64,000 nucleotides of DNA from contig NC_134027.1 of NCBI RefSeq assembly GCF_964204645.1, forward strand, positions 25,630,560 through 25,694,559, read 5' to 3'. Both the position numbers and the translations under genes were made by a program. Within the stretch, counting starts at the first letter, position 1. Every line of letters starts with the position of its first letter. This document shows, one piece after another, positions 1 through 12,845 of this stretch. The stretch comes from Tubulanus polymorphus (taxonomy: Eukaryota; Animalia; Nemertea). A model generated the notes under the pieces. It saw only the letters and a program-made list of their open reading frames with translations. It ran no database searches and had not been told where the DNA came from.

Positions 1-414
1 CTTTATACTACTCTATTTCAGTATATATTTATTTGTGCTCCTGGATCTATACCAGTAATGTATTTCAAATGATTTGCTCTCTCTCTTCTCTCTCTCTCTG
101 TTCTCTGTCTCTCTTCTCTCCGAGGCTTTTAGAGCAAATCATTGTTGCGTAATTTCATTATGCCGGTGTTTTATGAGTTTGTATTTGGGAGATAGATTTG
201 ATTTCGCCACACGGCGCACTCACTGGCCGTCCATTATCTAAAAGGCTGTTTATTTTACTATCGTACGGTCGTCGGTCGATGGGCTGGTGGATCTGCATCA
301 TAGAAAAACGAAACATTACATGGCGAAGAAGAAATGATTATGATTAGTGCGTTTAGGGACATGTGTACTGGTGGTCACGAGATTCAACATCTATTATACA
401 TCCCTTTAACCCCT

Positions 415-1064
415 AAATCTGCTTCTCCCTTTCTCCATCTCCCTAACCTCTCCCCTATCCCTCTCCCCACCCCCTCTCTCCTTCCTTCCCTGCTATCCCA
501 CTCCCTCTCCACCCCTCCCCTATCCCTCTCCCTACCTCTTCCCTTTTCCCACTCCCTCTCCACCCCTCCCCTTCTCCCTACCCTTCCCCTCCCTCTCCCT
601 ATTGTTTTCTCTACCTCTTTCCCTATCCCTCCTCTCTCCCTACCCCCACCCCATCCCTCTCCTCCCTCTCCCTACCTACCCTCCCTCTCCTCCCTACCTG
701 TTGTTGCTGAAATCCCTGTTGATACTTAAACAGAATTATGTTGCGGTATGGACCACCGATAAGACTGCTACTGCTACGATGATGTTGTGTAGGGGTTTAT
801 TGTTTATGGTTTTCTTTGTCACTGGTTTTTCTTTGTTCTGTGTTTTATTGCTGATTCACGTTCAGATAAGTCGCCAAGGCGTTCTCTCTCTCTCTCTCTC
901 TCGTCCCCATCCATCGTCCCCATCCATCGTCCCCATCGTCTCCCTCTCCCCTCTCTCTCTCTCTCTCTCCATCGTCTCCATCCATCGTCTCCATCCATTG
1001 TCTCCATCCATCGTCTCCATCCATCGTCTCCATCCATCGTCTCCAACGTCTCCATCTCCCTCTC

Positions 1065-1140
<76 letters not shown>
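415..1140. repeat. Polypyrimidine tract, ccatcgtct repeats and (CT)n
   Basis: Seen directly; (CT)n at ~1068-1138. Confidence 0.9.
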
Positions 1141-1979
1141 CCCGGTCGTACAGATTTATGATATCATAACAAAGAAACAAATCATAGAATACAATCTGCT
1201 GATTGATGCTTGTTTCATTGTTTCTGTGTTCGATATGTTTCCGGTAACTGACTGCACCTTCAGCACCGCTATGCGCTGAGCCATATTGCGGCTATTTGTG
1301 ACCTGGTTCTAAACGTCCTATGACCAGGTAGCATTCGTTATGGAACATAGTTCAAGATAATGTAAGATCTCGGAAATTTTTCCTTGAGCTGAATTGAGTT
1401 TATTTGTCATCTTCAGTGACGCTATATTCCATGCGTTTCATGGGGGTTAGTGTAGTTCTAGTGTTTCTCTGTAGACGGCAGCACGGTCTGGTCCTAATTT
1501 TCTTCAGTATAGGTACCCCGTGTTCAGGGTGCGGAGATAGCGTTGAGAAGGTCATTATTGGAATTATCGACGAATCTTCGTTTATTTTTTGGTTTTTCTC
1601 GTCGTCTCGTGTCTTGTCTGAGACGTGTTGTTAATTAGTGATCAGAACGTTTATCAGCTTCGCGCTACAAATCTCGAGTCGTTTGAGTTTAAAAAAAAGA
1701 GTCTCGATTTAAATTACTTCGTCGTCGTCGTAACAGGGAACCTTCCTTGATTCCTTAATGATAACTGCTCTAAAAGATGCTTGAAACTTCTTTAATTTGA
1801 GCAAAATTCCTGAAACTCCTTTCATTTTGAGGAAAAGGCGATAAGAAATTCTAGAAGTGGTTGAGTGAATAGACTACGCCTAAATCAAGACCTAAGTCCG
1901 GACCGGGATTTTATTCTTTACCCAATTTTGCGGTTACTGATTCAGGAAGGATAGGAATTAGCTAATGAAATAGAGATAA

Positions 1980-2199
1980 GGCTAAAAAAAATTGATAACT
2001 TGTTTCTCCGCTCTGCTGAGCTTAAATGTTGACCCGGCCGGCCGCCTATCTACCCTATACATTACTTTTTTAAAAATCATGATCAATTTAACCATAACAG
2101 ACCCGGCCGCTATAGAAATGAACTGTTTATAAATTTTATCATATTTTACAAATATGACCCGGCCGCTGCGGAGAAACAATGTATCATTTTTGTTTAGCC
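1980..2199. mobile_element. MITE with ~32-bp TIRs and TAA TSD (Zator- or PIF/Harbinger-like)
   Basis: Left ggctaaaaaaaattgataacttgtttctccgc; right gcggagaaacaatgtatcatttttgtttagcc; TAA on both sides. Three internal gacccggccg motifs. Confidence 0.85.
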
Positions 2200-3117
2200 T
2201 AAACAGCATCGATTTATTTAGGATGAGTGTTACTGTAATTAGGATATGAAAGTGATGCAGACATTTCCTTTAAATTTTTCGAATTTTCCCCTTTATAACT
2301 CCGTATATCCCGGAATGACTGAACCGTCGGGAACCTGGGTTTAGTTCATTATGTCATTCTGTCTTTGTCTATTGGATGAATAGGGTTTTCAGTGATGATG
2401 GCGGGTATTCCCCCTCTTCGCTCCACATCCCCCTCAACCTCTCCCCCTCAACCTCTCTCCTTCACGTCCCCTCTCCCCGCGGCGAGAGATGTCTCGTCAT
2501 TCCGTCAGCGACTGACGATGAAAGATCAAATAGGAAGAATTACTCGACGCGATGCGAGTACGTGTCTAGAATTATACAGTACATTCTCTTTGAGCTAACC
2601 CCCCATCCCCCCCACTCCCCGTCCCCCCTGCCAACTATTTTCCTAATTTGTTCGTCTATTGTCGCGACGAGTGCTGATTTAATTTGTTTAATGTACTGAG
2701 ATGTGAATAGGTGTTAATAATGGGATCGACTGCCGTATTGAATTCTGAAAACATTCATAATGAATCGATGCCACTTTGCAGAAATTGGGCAGCCATCGCC
2801 CCTCCTGATCGTGTGCAAATCCCCATTAAACTGAGGAATGCAATCATGTCTTCACTCATTCTTTCTCTGTTCTCTCTCCCCTCCTCTCTCTCCCCTCCTC
2901 TCCCTCTCGCCTCTTCTCTCTCCCCTCCTCTTCTCTCTCCTCTCCACTCTTGGTCCCCCTCTTCTCTTTCCAATTCTCTCTCTCTTACGCATTAAAGAGG
3001 CAATTCTGTAGTGTCGTTCCACATTCCGGTCTCTACAAATAATCATAAACCCAGTGCAATTGTCTCGTTACAGAACTAGCAATAAATCGTGAATATATTG
3101 AGTGTATGCAGAGTGGG

Positions 3118-3680
3118 GTGAGTAGGGATCTGGACGGGGTGACACAGGGCTGGACGGGGTGAGACGAGGCTGGACGGGGTGACACAGGTCTGGAGGGGTG
3201 ACACCGGTCTGGAGTGGTGACACAGGGCTGGACGGGGTGACACAAAGCTGGACAGGATGACACAGGTCTGGAGGGGTGACACAGGGCTGAACGGGGTGAG
3301 ACGAGGCTGGCGAGAGGCACAGGGCTAGAAGAGGGTGAGACAGGGCTGGAGATGAGGGGTTGAGAGGGGCTAGAAGGGGGTGAAACAGGATTAGAAGGGG
3401 GTGAAACAGGGCTAGAAGGGGGTGAGACAGGGCTAGAAGGGGGTGAAACAGGGCTAGAAGGGGGTGAAACAGGGCTAGTAGGGGTTGGGAGGAGGCTAGG
3501 GGTTGGGAGGAGGCTGAAGGGTTGAAAGGAGCTAGAAGGGCTGAGAGGGGCTAGAAGGGGGTGAGACGAGGCTGGCGGGAGAGAGGGCTGGAGGGGAGGG
3601 GTTGAGAGGGGCTAGAAGGGGTGAGAGGGGAGCTAGATGGGTGAGAGGGGAGCTGAAGGGCCGAGTGGCGGAAGGGGGTG
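3118..3680. repeat. G-rich 20-21-bp minisatellites
   Basis: ggggtgacacagggctggac and gggctagaagggggtgaaaca units. Confidence 0.9.
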
Positions 3681-4430
3681 TTTGATGTGTATATTAAAAG
3701 CACAGCACTGTCACCTAATGATGTTGTAAAAGCCTCGGCCGCTGGTGCTCGCTGAGTATTAACCCTCCTATACTGTATAATATCCTCAACTGTCGGTAAA
3801 TGCTACGATTTATAGATTTCCGATGGACGTTCGAGTCTTCTGTCAATGGACACACAGACACAACGCCTGTCATCATCTAGACGTATAACACTCATACATG
3901 TGTATACCTATGCTAACGATATAAGCCTCTCTATCACTACTAAGTAAAACTGCCTTTTCTTGCTGACAGAAGTTTGTTTTCATGTGGTCAAAGCTTCTGA
4001 GATCTCGAGAAGCATATGTGTATGAAAAACCGCGACCCGGCTATATAGAGATTTGACGAATTGAATCTAAACCGTGGAAGTGGATGCTGTATAATAGAAA
4101 TAGTGTAATGTCCTTGTATCGAGATTAGGCTCCAAAACCGGGTATCAAGGCACCTTTTAACAGACACGACCTGCACCCTGTTCAGCTCTGTTGAGTGATA
4201 AGCTTCGATGGAATGGTGGTAGAAGTTAAATGTTATTTGTGGGTAATAATGCTCCATTAAATCTATTATTCATCCAATTCGGAGATCCCCGTTAAATACC
4301 GAGTTAGAATTTTGGGAGTGGTTGAGATAAATCTGTGGCAAAGTTGAGGAGACTGGTAAAATTCTACCCCGAGTTTGTGTCAAATACTGCGTAAGAGTTT
4401 GAGAAATACAGTAGACTCTGTCTCTTAATG

Positions 4431-4538
4431 GGCTCAGTTTCACAAAAAGGTTTACTTCTTAAATCGATTCAATTTCTTTGTTAATTCAGTTTTGTCTTAA
4501 ATCGATTTAGGCCTTAATCCTTTTTGTGAAACTGGGTC
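4431..4538. mobile_element. ~108-bp MITE, CWG-target class
   Basis: Left ggctcagtttcacaaaaagg; right cctttttgtgaaactgggtc, followed by CTG. Confidence 0.7.
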
Positions 4539-5099
4539 CTGGGGTTAAGTTGACACTGATGAAATTCTAACCGAGTTTGGATGAAATACTCGCTCCAGTT
4601 CCGCAGATGTGAGTTCTTAGAGTTAATTCTGAGTTAGAATTATAGTTCATTTTCAATTAGTTAACTCAGAGTCAAATCTTAACACAGAACTGTGGAACTG
4701 GGTACTGAGTAAAAGTTTTAAGAGAGGCAGTAGACTTCGTTGTTTGGCTGGGAAGATAAATTCAGGAACAAATCTTGTATAAGAGATTGTATTGACTATG
4801 TCTTGATACTTTGAGTTGAAGTTTAGGTGGAAAGTATCGGCAAAAATGTCGAATACCGAGTTTGAAAGATTGACATTGACATCGAGAGCATTTAACAGGG
4901 TGAAATGTGTAATTGCTGCAGTCATCGAGATCATCACTAAACTGAGTATTTATAATAACTGCACCGGGTTCATCATTACCGACATTGATTTTGAAATGGG
5001 CGCGCTATCGCGTTTAACGTGTAACGACGTGGTATTAATTGCCGGTTGGTACTCGCCGTTGGTAGCCGGTAACGTGTTATCTAATCAAGCGGGTTTTGC

Positions 5100-5366
5100 G
5101 CTGGTAGATAGAGAGCGCGGGAGAGAAGCCGCCTTTGACTAAAAGCAAGTTGAAGTTATCGACGTGAAGTGGTTATATGCGGTATACTGCTTGCTGCTGT
5201 CTGAGCTCTGCTGCTACTGTGTATTCTTGTGCGCGCGACATTAGTTACTCCCTCTCTCTCTCCCTCTCTCTTGTTGTGGTAGCGGCGTGTGCAAAGAAAT
5301 ATATATAATATATATATATATATCATCAGGATTTATGCGTAGATTAATATTCGAAATTATATCGTG
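5100..5366 (+). other. Candidate first exon / promoter region
   Basis: CpG-rich unique sequence ending in GTG|GTAAGT (5367) with no strong acceptor upstream. Start is approximate. Confidence 0.3.
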
Positions 5367-5479
5367 GTAAGTGATTTGAATGTATATATACACGTAAGAT
5401 TCTGTGTCTTAGATTCAGGCTGGTAAAAGAATTCTACTGCTAAGTTGTTGTCAAATGCTGGATAAGATTTAAGAAATTA

Positions 5480-5940
5480 TCTCGCTGCGGTTAAGTAGAG
5501 ACTGGTAAAATTATTTGTTAGATTTCGAGTTCGAGCGTAGTCTCTGTCTCTTGAGACTATTGAAATAGTACCACGAGTTGGTGTCAAATACTGAGTAAGA
5601 GTTTGTGAAATACAATAGACTCTGTCTCTTACTGTGGTAAGGTTGAGACCGGTAAAATTCTATCACGAGTTGGTGTCAAATACTGAGTAAGAGTTTGTGA
5701 AATACAATAGACTCTGTCTCTTACTGTGGTAAAGTTGAGACCGGTAAAATTCTATCGCGAGTTGGTGTCAAATACTGAGTAAGCGATTGAGGAATGCAAT
5801 AGACTCTGTCTCTTACTGCGTTAAAGTTGAGACCGGTAAAATTCTACCCCGAGTTGGTGTCAAATATTGAGTAAGCGATTGAGGAATACAGTAGACTCTG
5901 TCTCTTACTGCGGTAAGATCGGGGTCAAATACTGTATTTG
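5480..5940. repeat. 92-bp tandem repeat (~4.5 copies) with degenerate copies across 4330-6090
   Basis: cgagttggtgtcaaata at 5574, 5666, 5758 and 5850. Confidence 0.9.
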
Positions 5941-6585
5941 AGTTTAAAAAGAAGTAGACTGTTTCAAGGCTGGCAATTTCATTATTGATCAAATACTTGA
6001 TACGAATTTGTAGACTATGTCTCGATACTAGATGAAGTGAAGTGGAAATAGGAAACATTCTATCGATTTGGTATCAAATACCGAGTAAGGGTTAAAAAGA
6101 TTCTTTCTTGACGACTCCGTATTTCTATTAAGGGCTTTCAAAGAGTTCGGTAATGTAACAAGGTTAATGGAAGTGTGATCCATGCACAGACGCTGTAATA
6201 TACAGCGGGTCTAGAAGGATGTAGGATAAAATGTGTCCGAATGAATCAATATCTTCTGCTCGCTCGTAGAGATCACTAGGGAGAGATATATACATCATCT
6301 TACATCGGCCGACGGGTGATCAATCATTGGTCTGATGATGTCACATGACGTCATAACGTCGATTCCTCCTCAGGAATGATAATGAAAATGTCTTTAATCG
6401 GGTTCACTATCGTGGAGGCCGCGGGTCACATTTTTTGGTGTTTAATTTTTGGTCTGTAAATATGTTGCCAAAGGTTATTTTGAACTATTTTGTGCTGACT
6501 GATTAAGTTCCGAAAGTGTTATGGATAATTTGAATATTTATAAAAATCCCGACCCACTGCGTTGAATGGCTGGCATATATCACTT

Positions 6586-6744
6586 TAGTGCATCTACACT
6601 GTGGTGCAGTGTATCGTTAGTTACTGATATTTCACTATGTTTGACAGGTGCTGCCATCTTTCAATAGAGATAAAAACTAATTATTAATTACATCGATACC
6701 CCGCAGTGCGGTGTACTAGCAAAATCCATCACCGATTTATACAC
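6586..6744. mobile_element. Dispersed repeat; further copies at ~25252-25420 and ~55932-56146
   Basis: Shared tagtgcatctacactg...ggtgctgccatctttca...ctagcaaaatccat...gatttatacac. The third copy ends aaaggg|TTAA (piggyBac-like end). Confidence 0.75.
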
Positions 6745-7500
6745 TTAAGACCATCTTAGATGGGTTAAGACCATCTTAGTTCAATTGCCAACTTAAGACC
6801 AGTCTAAGCTGATTTTGGTTCTAGAACCAATGTCTAACAACTTAATAAAAACATTCTTTGCTCATTTTGGTTCAATCTAATAATTTCAGACCAGTCTAAG
6901 CTCATTTTGATTCAACCTAACAACTTAAGACCAGTCTAAGCTGATTTTGGTTCTAGAACCAATATCTAACACTTTAAAAACAGTCTATGCTCATTTTGGT
7001 TCAATCTAATAACTTCAGAGCAGTCTAAGCTCATTTTAATTCAACCTAACAACTTAAGACCAGTCTAAGCTGATTTTGGTTCTAGAACCAATATCTAACA
7101 ACTTAAAAAACATTCTTTGCTCATTTTGGTTCAATCTAATAACTTCAGAGCAGTCTAAGCTCATTTTGGTTCAACCTAACAACTTAAGAACAGTCTATGC
7201 TCATTTTAGTTCAATCTAATAACTTCAGAGCAGTCTAAGCTCATTTTGGTTCAACCTAACAACTTAAGAACAGTCTATGCTCATTTTAGTTCAATCTAAT
7301 AACTTCAGGGCAGTCTAAGCTCATTTTGGTTCAACCTAACAACTTAAGAACAGTCTATGCTTATTTTAGTTCAATCTAATAACTTCAGGGCAGTCTAAGC
7401 TCATTTTGGTTTGACCTAACAACTTGAGAACAGTCTACGCTCATTTTAGTTCTGTAACCTATATTTAACAACATCAGACCAGTTGTAAGATTTCAGGAAG
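6745..7500. repeat. Tandem array of the MITE-B core (40-48-bp units)
   Basis: Repeated aacaacttaagaccagtctaagctcattttggttc. Confidence 0.9.
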
Positions 7501-8206
7501 CCACGACTGTATTTCAGGATTCATTATCGAAGCTAAAATGGTGAATTTGATATTTTTTCGCGTTTACATTTTTCATATGGTATATTTAGCTGTTTAGCGC
7601 TATATTTTGCTTCGAGCAAAACTCGAGCGTGCAGTTCGCATTTCATAACAACTTCAGCAACGACATCGCGCAACTGACTTATATATACCACTAGATCATG
7701 GCCTTTTTAACGACAGATCGATTTGTTTGTGAGGACGATACCAAATTTTCGACGGAATTTGCAACTGCGTCTCGTATATGTTTTTAATTTATGACGGAGT
7801 GTCCTGATCATAGATTTCATGCTCCAGTCTTAGGACAAACACAACGTGTCAATTTTGAAACATGTTTATTGTTTATTTGATTACAATTTAAAAGATTTAT
7901 CATCATGGATTTCGTTATTATTCGAGGCTGTTGATATATGCGAGCACTTCTGCAGACTATATTAAAAACCTCATTTTAATTTCAAATTACTATAAAGAGT
8001 GAAGATTTATTGGTAACAGTTTCAAAGCTTGAAGAAGTCATGTAATTTTAATTTAAGCGTCTGAAGCTATGATAAGGCGATGGAATTTTTTTAGAAATGT
8101 GGTCTCGATGATTTTTTCGTGCTGTTCTAGTAGCGTAGGCCTAGTATTTGTTTTTTATAAACTTTCAATTCTGCGTCAGTGAGTATAAGTTCGTCTCTCA
8201 ATCTTA

Positions 8207-8665
8207 AGCTAAGCATACATCGACAAAGCGACTGGAGACAACTAGTTGCTAGTGAGCGAGTACCCTGCTCAGATCGAAAATTTAGTAAAAACCAGCAACT
8301 GCGTGGCTCATGCCGGTCGCTAGGTCCATAGCGCACACATCGACAGCAACTGAGATGTGTTTTAGCAAATATTCTTGAGGGCATGGCAAGTCACGTGACA
8401 AATTGCTTTGTTTTAGTCAGTTACAACCATGTGTTGTTGATTATGGAGCGCTCACATCGACGGATATGACAGCAACTGAGTACAACTAGTTGCTCAAAAG
8501 TAGAACACGAGCAACTGGGTAGAACTGGATGGACGCTAACCAATCGTAAGCTAGCTCACATCGACAAATTCGAGCAACTGATTGTATCCAGCCAGTCGCT
8601 CTCATGCGCCGAAGACTGCCCGGCAACTAGTTTTCTCCAATCGCAGTGTCGATGTGCGCTAGGCT
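8207..8665. mobile_element. PIF/Harbinger-type MITE, copy 1
   Basis: Left agctaagcatacatcgacaaagcgactggaga; right tctccaatcgcagtgtcgatgtgcgctaggct; TTA TSD. Homologous to 33501-33854. Confidence 0.85.
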
Positions 8666-9234
8666 TTAGTAGCTACGAAAATTCGGATATTCAACCCTAG
8701 AAACTATGGAAAAGGCGTAGAAAATCCAAGACCGCGAATAGAACAAACGGTTTTACTGCGTTGTCGTTTCTTGTGGATGGAATCCTGTACGGTTGGAGTT
8801 AGTTCTCCAGTTAAAGCCCGAGCTGGTTACAGTCGAAGAGATACTCCGCGGTAATTGCTCGTATAAAGTTACTCTTTGATATTAAATCGCGAATTCTAAC
8901 ATTCGATATTTGTCAATTATCTCGTCCCGTCGTCGTAGTCGTCGTCGTCTTCGTTCCGAGTTGAAGTTGCTGTGAATCTATTAATACGAATCGATTTACG
9001 GTTATTACAGTAGACACCGAGCTGCTACTAATGATATGCGACCCGCTTAACCAATTTTATTCGGCGGCAGTCATCAATCTATAGTGTAATCCTCGCCATC
9101 AGTTCGCACTGACAAAATTCATCCCGTCGACGAAAATTTGGATTTAAAGTTTTTCGCAGTTTTTTTCAACGATATGTAGTGATTACAAGAAAATACTATG
9201 ACGGATTTAGCGGGCTTTAAGTTTTCGATCTTAC

Positions 9235-9750
9235 GGGGTTAGTTGCACAGTCACGGCTTAGATTTAAGACCAGTCTTAGTTCATTTTCTCTAAGTTCATT
9301 TTGGTTCTATAACCGATCTAACAACTTCAGACCAGTCTAAGCTCATTTTGGTTCTATAGCCGATCTAACAACTTCAGACAAGTCTAAGTTCATTTTGGTT
9401 CTATAACCAATCTAACAACTTAAGACCAGTTTAAGCACATTTTGGTTCTGTAACCGATCTAACAACTTCAGACCAGTCTAAGCTCATTTTGGTTCTATAG
9501 CCGATCTAACAACTTCAGACAAGTCTAAGTTCATTTTGGTTCTATAACCAATCTAACAACTTAAGACCAGTTTAAGCACATTTTGGTTCTGTAACCGATC
9601 TAACAACTTGAGACCAGTCTAAGCACATTTTGGTTCTGTAACCGATCTAACAACTTTAGATCAGCCTAAGCTCATTTTGGATTTTATAACCGATCTAACA
9701 ACTTCAGATCAGCCTAAGCTCATTTTTGTTCTATAACCGATCTAACAAGT
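9235..9750. repeat. MITE-B left end followed by ~10 x 47-bp core repeats
   Basis: Starts ggggttagttgcacagtcacggcttaga; period 47 (9301 to 9348). Confidence 0.9.
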
Positions 9751-9954
9751 TAGGGATTCTCGGGTTAAATGTAACTTCATTCTCAAGAGTATTGCCTGAT
9801 ATATTTATATTTATACACAGGGGTTTGAAGAGGAGCTAGATTAAGATGGTTGTTGTATCTGGTTTCCAGCTTTTATCACGGAGTTGCATTCTTCTGTAGT
9901 AGTACAGATAAAATACCAGGGTTATCAGGCGATTTGAGCATTTTTACTTCTGTT

Positions 9955-10180
9955 ATACGTGGGCCAATCAGGGACAGTGTTACATCTTCTTGTTGTATGT
10001 GGGCCAATCAGGGAAAGTGTTACATCTTCTTGTTGTATGGGGGCCAATCAGGGACAGTGTTACAACTTGTCATATTTGGGCCAATTAAGGAGAGTGTAAC
10101 ATCACCTTGTCATATGTGGGCCAATCAGGGAAAGTGTAAGATCTTGTCGTGCGAATGGGGGCCAATCAGGGATAGCTTAA
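9955..10180. repeat. ~40-bp tandem repeat, 6 copies, each with a CCAAT box
   Basis: gggccaatcaggga at 9961, 10001, 10041, 10118 and 10159; variant at 10078. Confidence 0.85.
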
Positions 10181-10879
10181 CATAGAAGGTAACCCGTAGC
10201 ATGACATGTCAAAATCCTGTATAAGTTTTACCGCGGTTAGTCGGTTAGTCGTAGGTTTCTCTTTCTACAATCGAATTATGAAGAGATGGAAACCGACAGT
10301 GTTACATGTTGTCAGCTCAGATCTGCAGCTGTCTTGTAATTGTCGTTTAGTTTAGTGTCATGTTATCTAATCGCGATGCTGCTGCTGCTGCTGCGTCTAA
10401 ACGTGCTGACAGATACCTGTATCGATTCGGTCTCGCGTTTTTTATCAACAGAAAATCGGTAAATCTTGTTTTTGCTCGCGCGGTAAATTCGGTGAAAGAA
10501 CGGGTCTCTCCTCTTTTAATTCAGACGCTATTTAGAATAATGAGACTCACGCGGAGAAAGATTGAAAGAGAAGTCTAACTTCTGTTTGAAAATAAGAATT
10601 GATGGCTGTTAACTGTTATAGTCTGTTCACAGCAACGTTGTCTGATCTATTGTGTAATAATTGTTTCAGTATTGTTCACTGTGATTTTGGCGCGGCTGTG
10701 GATTGTTACCCCTTCATTCACCCATTAGATTCAACGTTAGAGATTGAATCTTTTGATTCAAGAATTTCAACCGTTCTCAAACATCGATTAATAATGACTT
10801 CATGTTTCCAGATTGCACCAGATGGCACTGCAAATAATCTTTTTTTTTAAATATCTTACTTATGAAATAATAATAGTCC

Positions 10880-11283
10880 ATTCAAAGCTCATTTTGGCTC
10901 TTTAAACAATTCAATTGAAGATCAGTCTTGTGTTAGTTCAATAGCCAATCTAACAATTTAAGACCAGTTTAAGATCATCTTAGTTCGATAGCCAATCTAA
11001 CAACTTAAAACCAGTCTTAAGACCATCTTAGTTTTATAGCCAATCTAACAATTTAAGACCAGTCTTTAGACCATCTTAGTTTTATAGCCAATCTAACAAC
11101 TTAAGACCAGTTTAAGACCATCTTAGTTCTATTATAGAATATATAATAGCCAATGTAACAACTTAAGACCAGTCTAAGACCATCTTAGTTCTATAGCCAA
11201 TCTAACAACTTAATACCAGTTTAAGACCATCAACCAAGAACCTTCTGACTGATGAAGTTGTACAACTGCGTAACTGGACCCTG
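10880..11283. repeat. MITE-B core array ending in a right-TIR-like sequence
   Basis: ~47-bp units tagccaatctaacaacttaagaccag; ends gcgtaactggaccctg. Confidence 0.85.
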
Positions 11284-11697
11284 GATTCGAATTCATCTCG
11301 ACATCTCTCTCTCTCTGTGCATAAAAACGAAATAAAACTTTAACGTCATGCGTGACATTTCAACGTGGAAACATCACGACAAACATTGCGAATATCGGCC
11401 GGCGAAATCATTGCTTGAAATTTGTGTTTGAATTATTAACAGCGATCTCAGTGTATTTGAGATGTACACGCGCGCGTCGACTACGGCTTGTCGTTTTCAT
11501 TTCAGCTGCAAATCATCATCTTCTAAACCGTATATTCAAACGCACTTAATGCGGGTTCCGCAAGTTCAGCTGCGGCAGCTGAGGTGTTCGTAAAGATCCT
11601 CGTTCGATTTCTTCTACACGTATCGATTTAAATTGAACCAAATTTTCGAAGTTTCAATCAAATATTCATAAAAAACTGTTCCCATGCGAATAGAATA

Positions 11698-11871
11698 CAG
11701 TCAACCCCCGATATACTGCCCTCCCATACACCGGCACCGCCGCCTACCGCCAGGTTTTCTCAATGTAAATTTTGATACAAATTAGTAAAACACCCCTGAT
11801 ATACCGCCATACTCTCTATACCGCCAAAAACGCTCTGCACCGATGTGGGCGGTAAATCAGGGGGTTGACTG
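11698..11871. mobile_element. Tc1/mariner (pogo/Tigger-like) MITE
   Basis: Left cagtcaacccccgatatactgcc; right ggcggtaaatcagggggttgactg; TA on both sides. Confidence 0.88.
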
Positions 11872-12533
11872 TAATTAATATTATAACTTATGTTATTTGC
11901 ATTCAGGGCCCAATTGCACTATTGTCACTAATAATCTATAAGTGGCTTGTTCTGAATGCTAATATTGAATTGTTAGATTGGTTATAGAATTAAAAATGAG
12001 CTTAGGCTCGTCTAGAATGTAAGGCTTGGCCGTGCTACTGGGCAGGCCTGCCGGGTTTGTTTACGAAATATTTCATTTTCCACTTCATAAAAGCTCGGTT
12101 TCTAACATAAGAACTTTTTCTCCTTGATTGTTTGGAAAATATCATATTTATACATAGCCCTGAATTTTGTGCCGTTGACAGGTGTAGAGCGAGGTGTTCT
12201 CTCTCAGTCGCGTTCCTGGAGAACTCCGCCGAAATATCATTTCTTAAAGCGGCGTCTATCGATAAACGTCTAACTCCAATCGGAGAACGTTGTTACGTCG
12301 TCGACGAGACGCCGGTCGCGATGATACCGATTTTATTGCAATTTTCGCGGAAGATACGTTTGCCTTCAGCGAACTGCGACGGAAAATTGCTTATTATAAG
12401 TCGGGTATTTTCGGCGATAACGAGTTGATGGTATTTGAGAACCGACTGACACAAACGCGCGCGGGCGACGGTTTTTCTGATTCTATTCTTGTTCGATTTT
12501 TCGAAAGGGATATATATGTATAGATGTATGCTA

Positions 12534-12624
12534 AAAAGAATTTGAAAGAAATGATATTTATATATATAAATATATACTTTTCAAAAAAAAATATGTATAT
12601 ATATCGAAAGAAATGATATATATG

Positions 12625-12662
<38 letters not shown>

Positions 12663-12754
12663 CATATATATCATTTCTTTCGATATATATACATATTTTT
12701 TTTGAAAAGTATATAAATATCATTTCTTTCAAATTCTTTTCATCATTTCTTCTT

Positions 12755-12843
<89 letters not shown>

Positions 12844-12845
12844 TT
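12534..12845. repeat. AT-rich palindrome (12534-12740) followed by (TA)n
   Basis: Arms are reverse complements around a TA-repeat centre. Confidence 0.9.

Noticed and set aside
334-1279. Pro/Ser/Leu-rich ORFs
   Set aside because: Polypyrimidine and (CT)n low-complexity sequence.
2030-2170. Short repeats with unique spacers (CRISPR-like)
   Set aside because: Only 10-bp motifs inside a TIR element. The context is eukaryotic, no cas genes are present, and the other arrays have no unique spacers.
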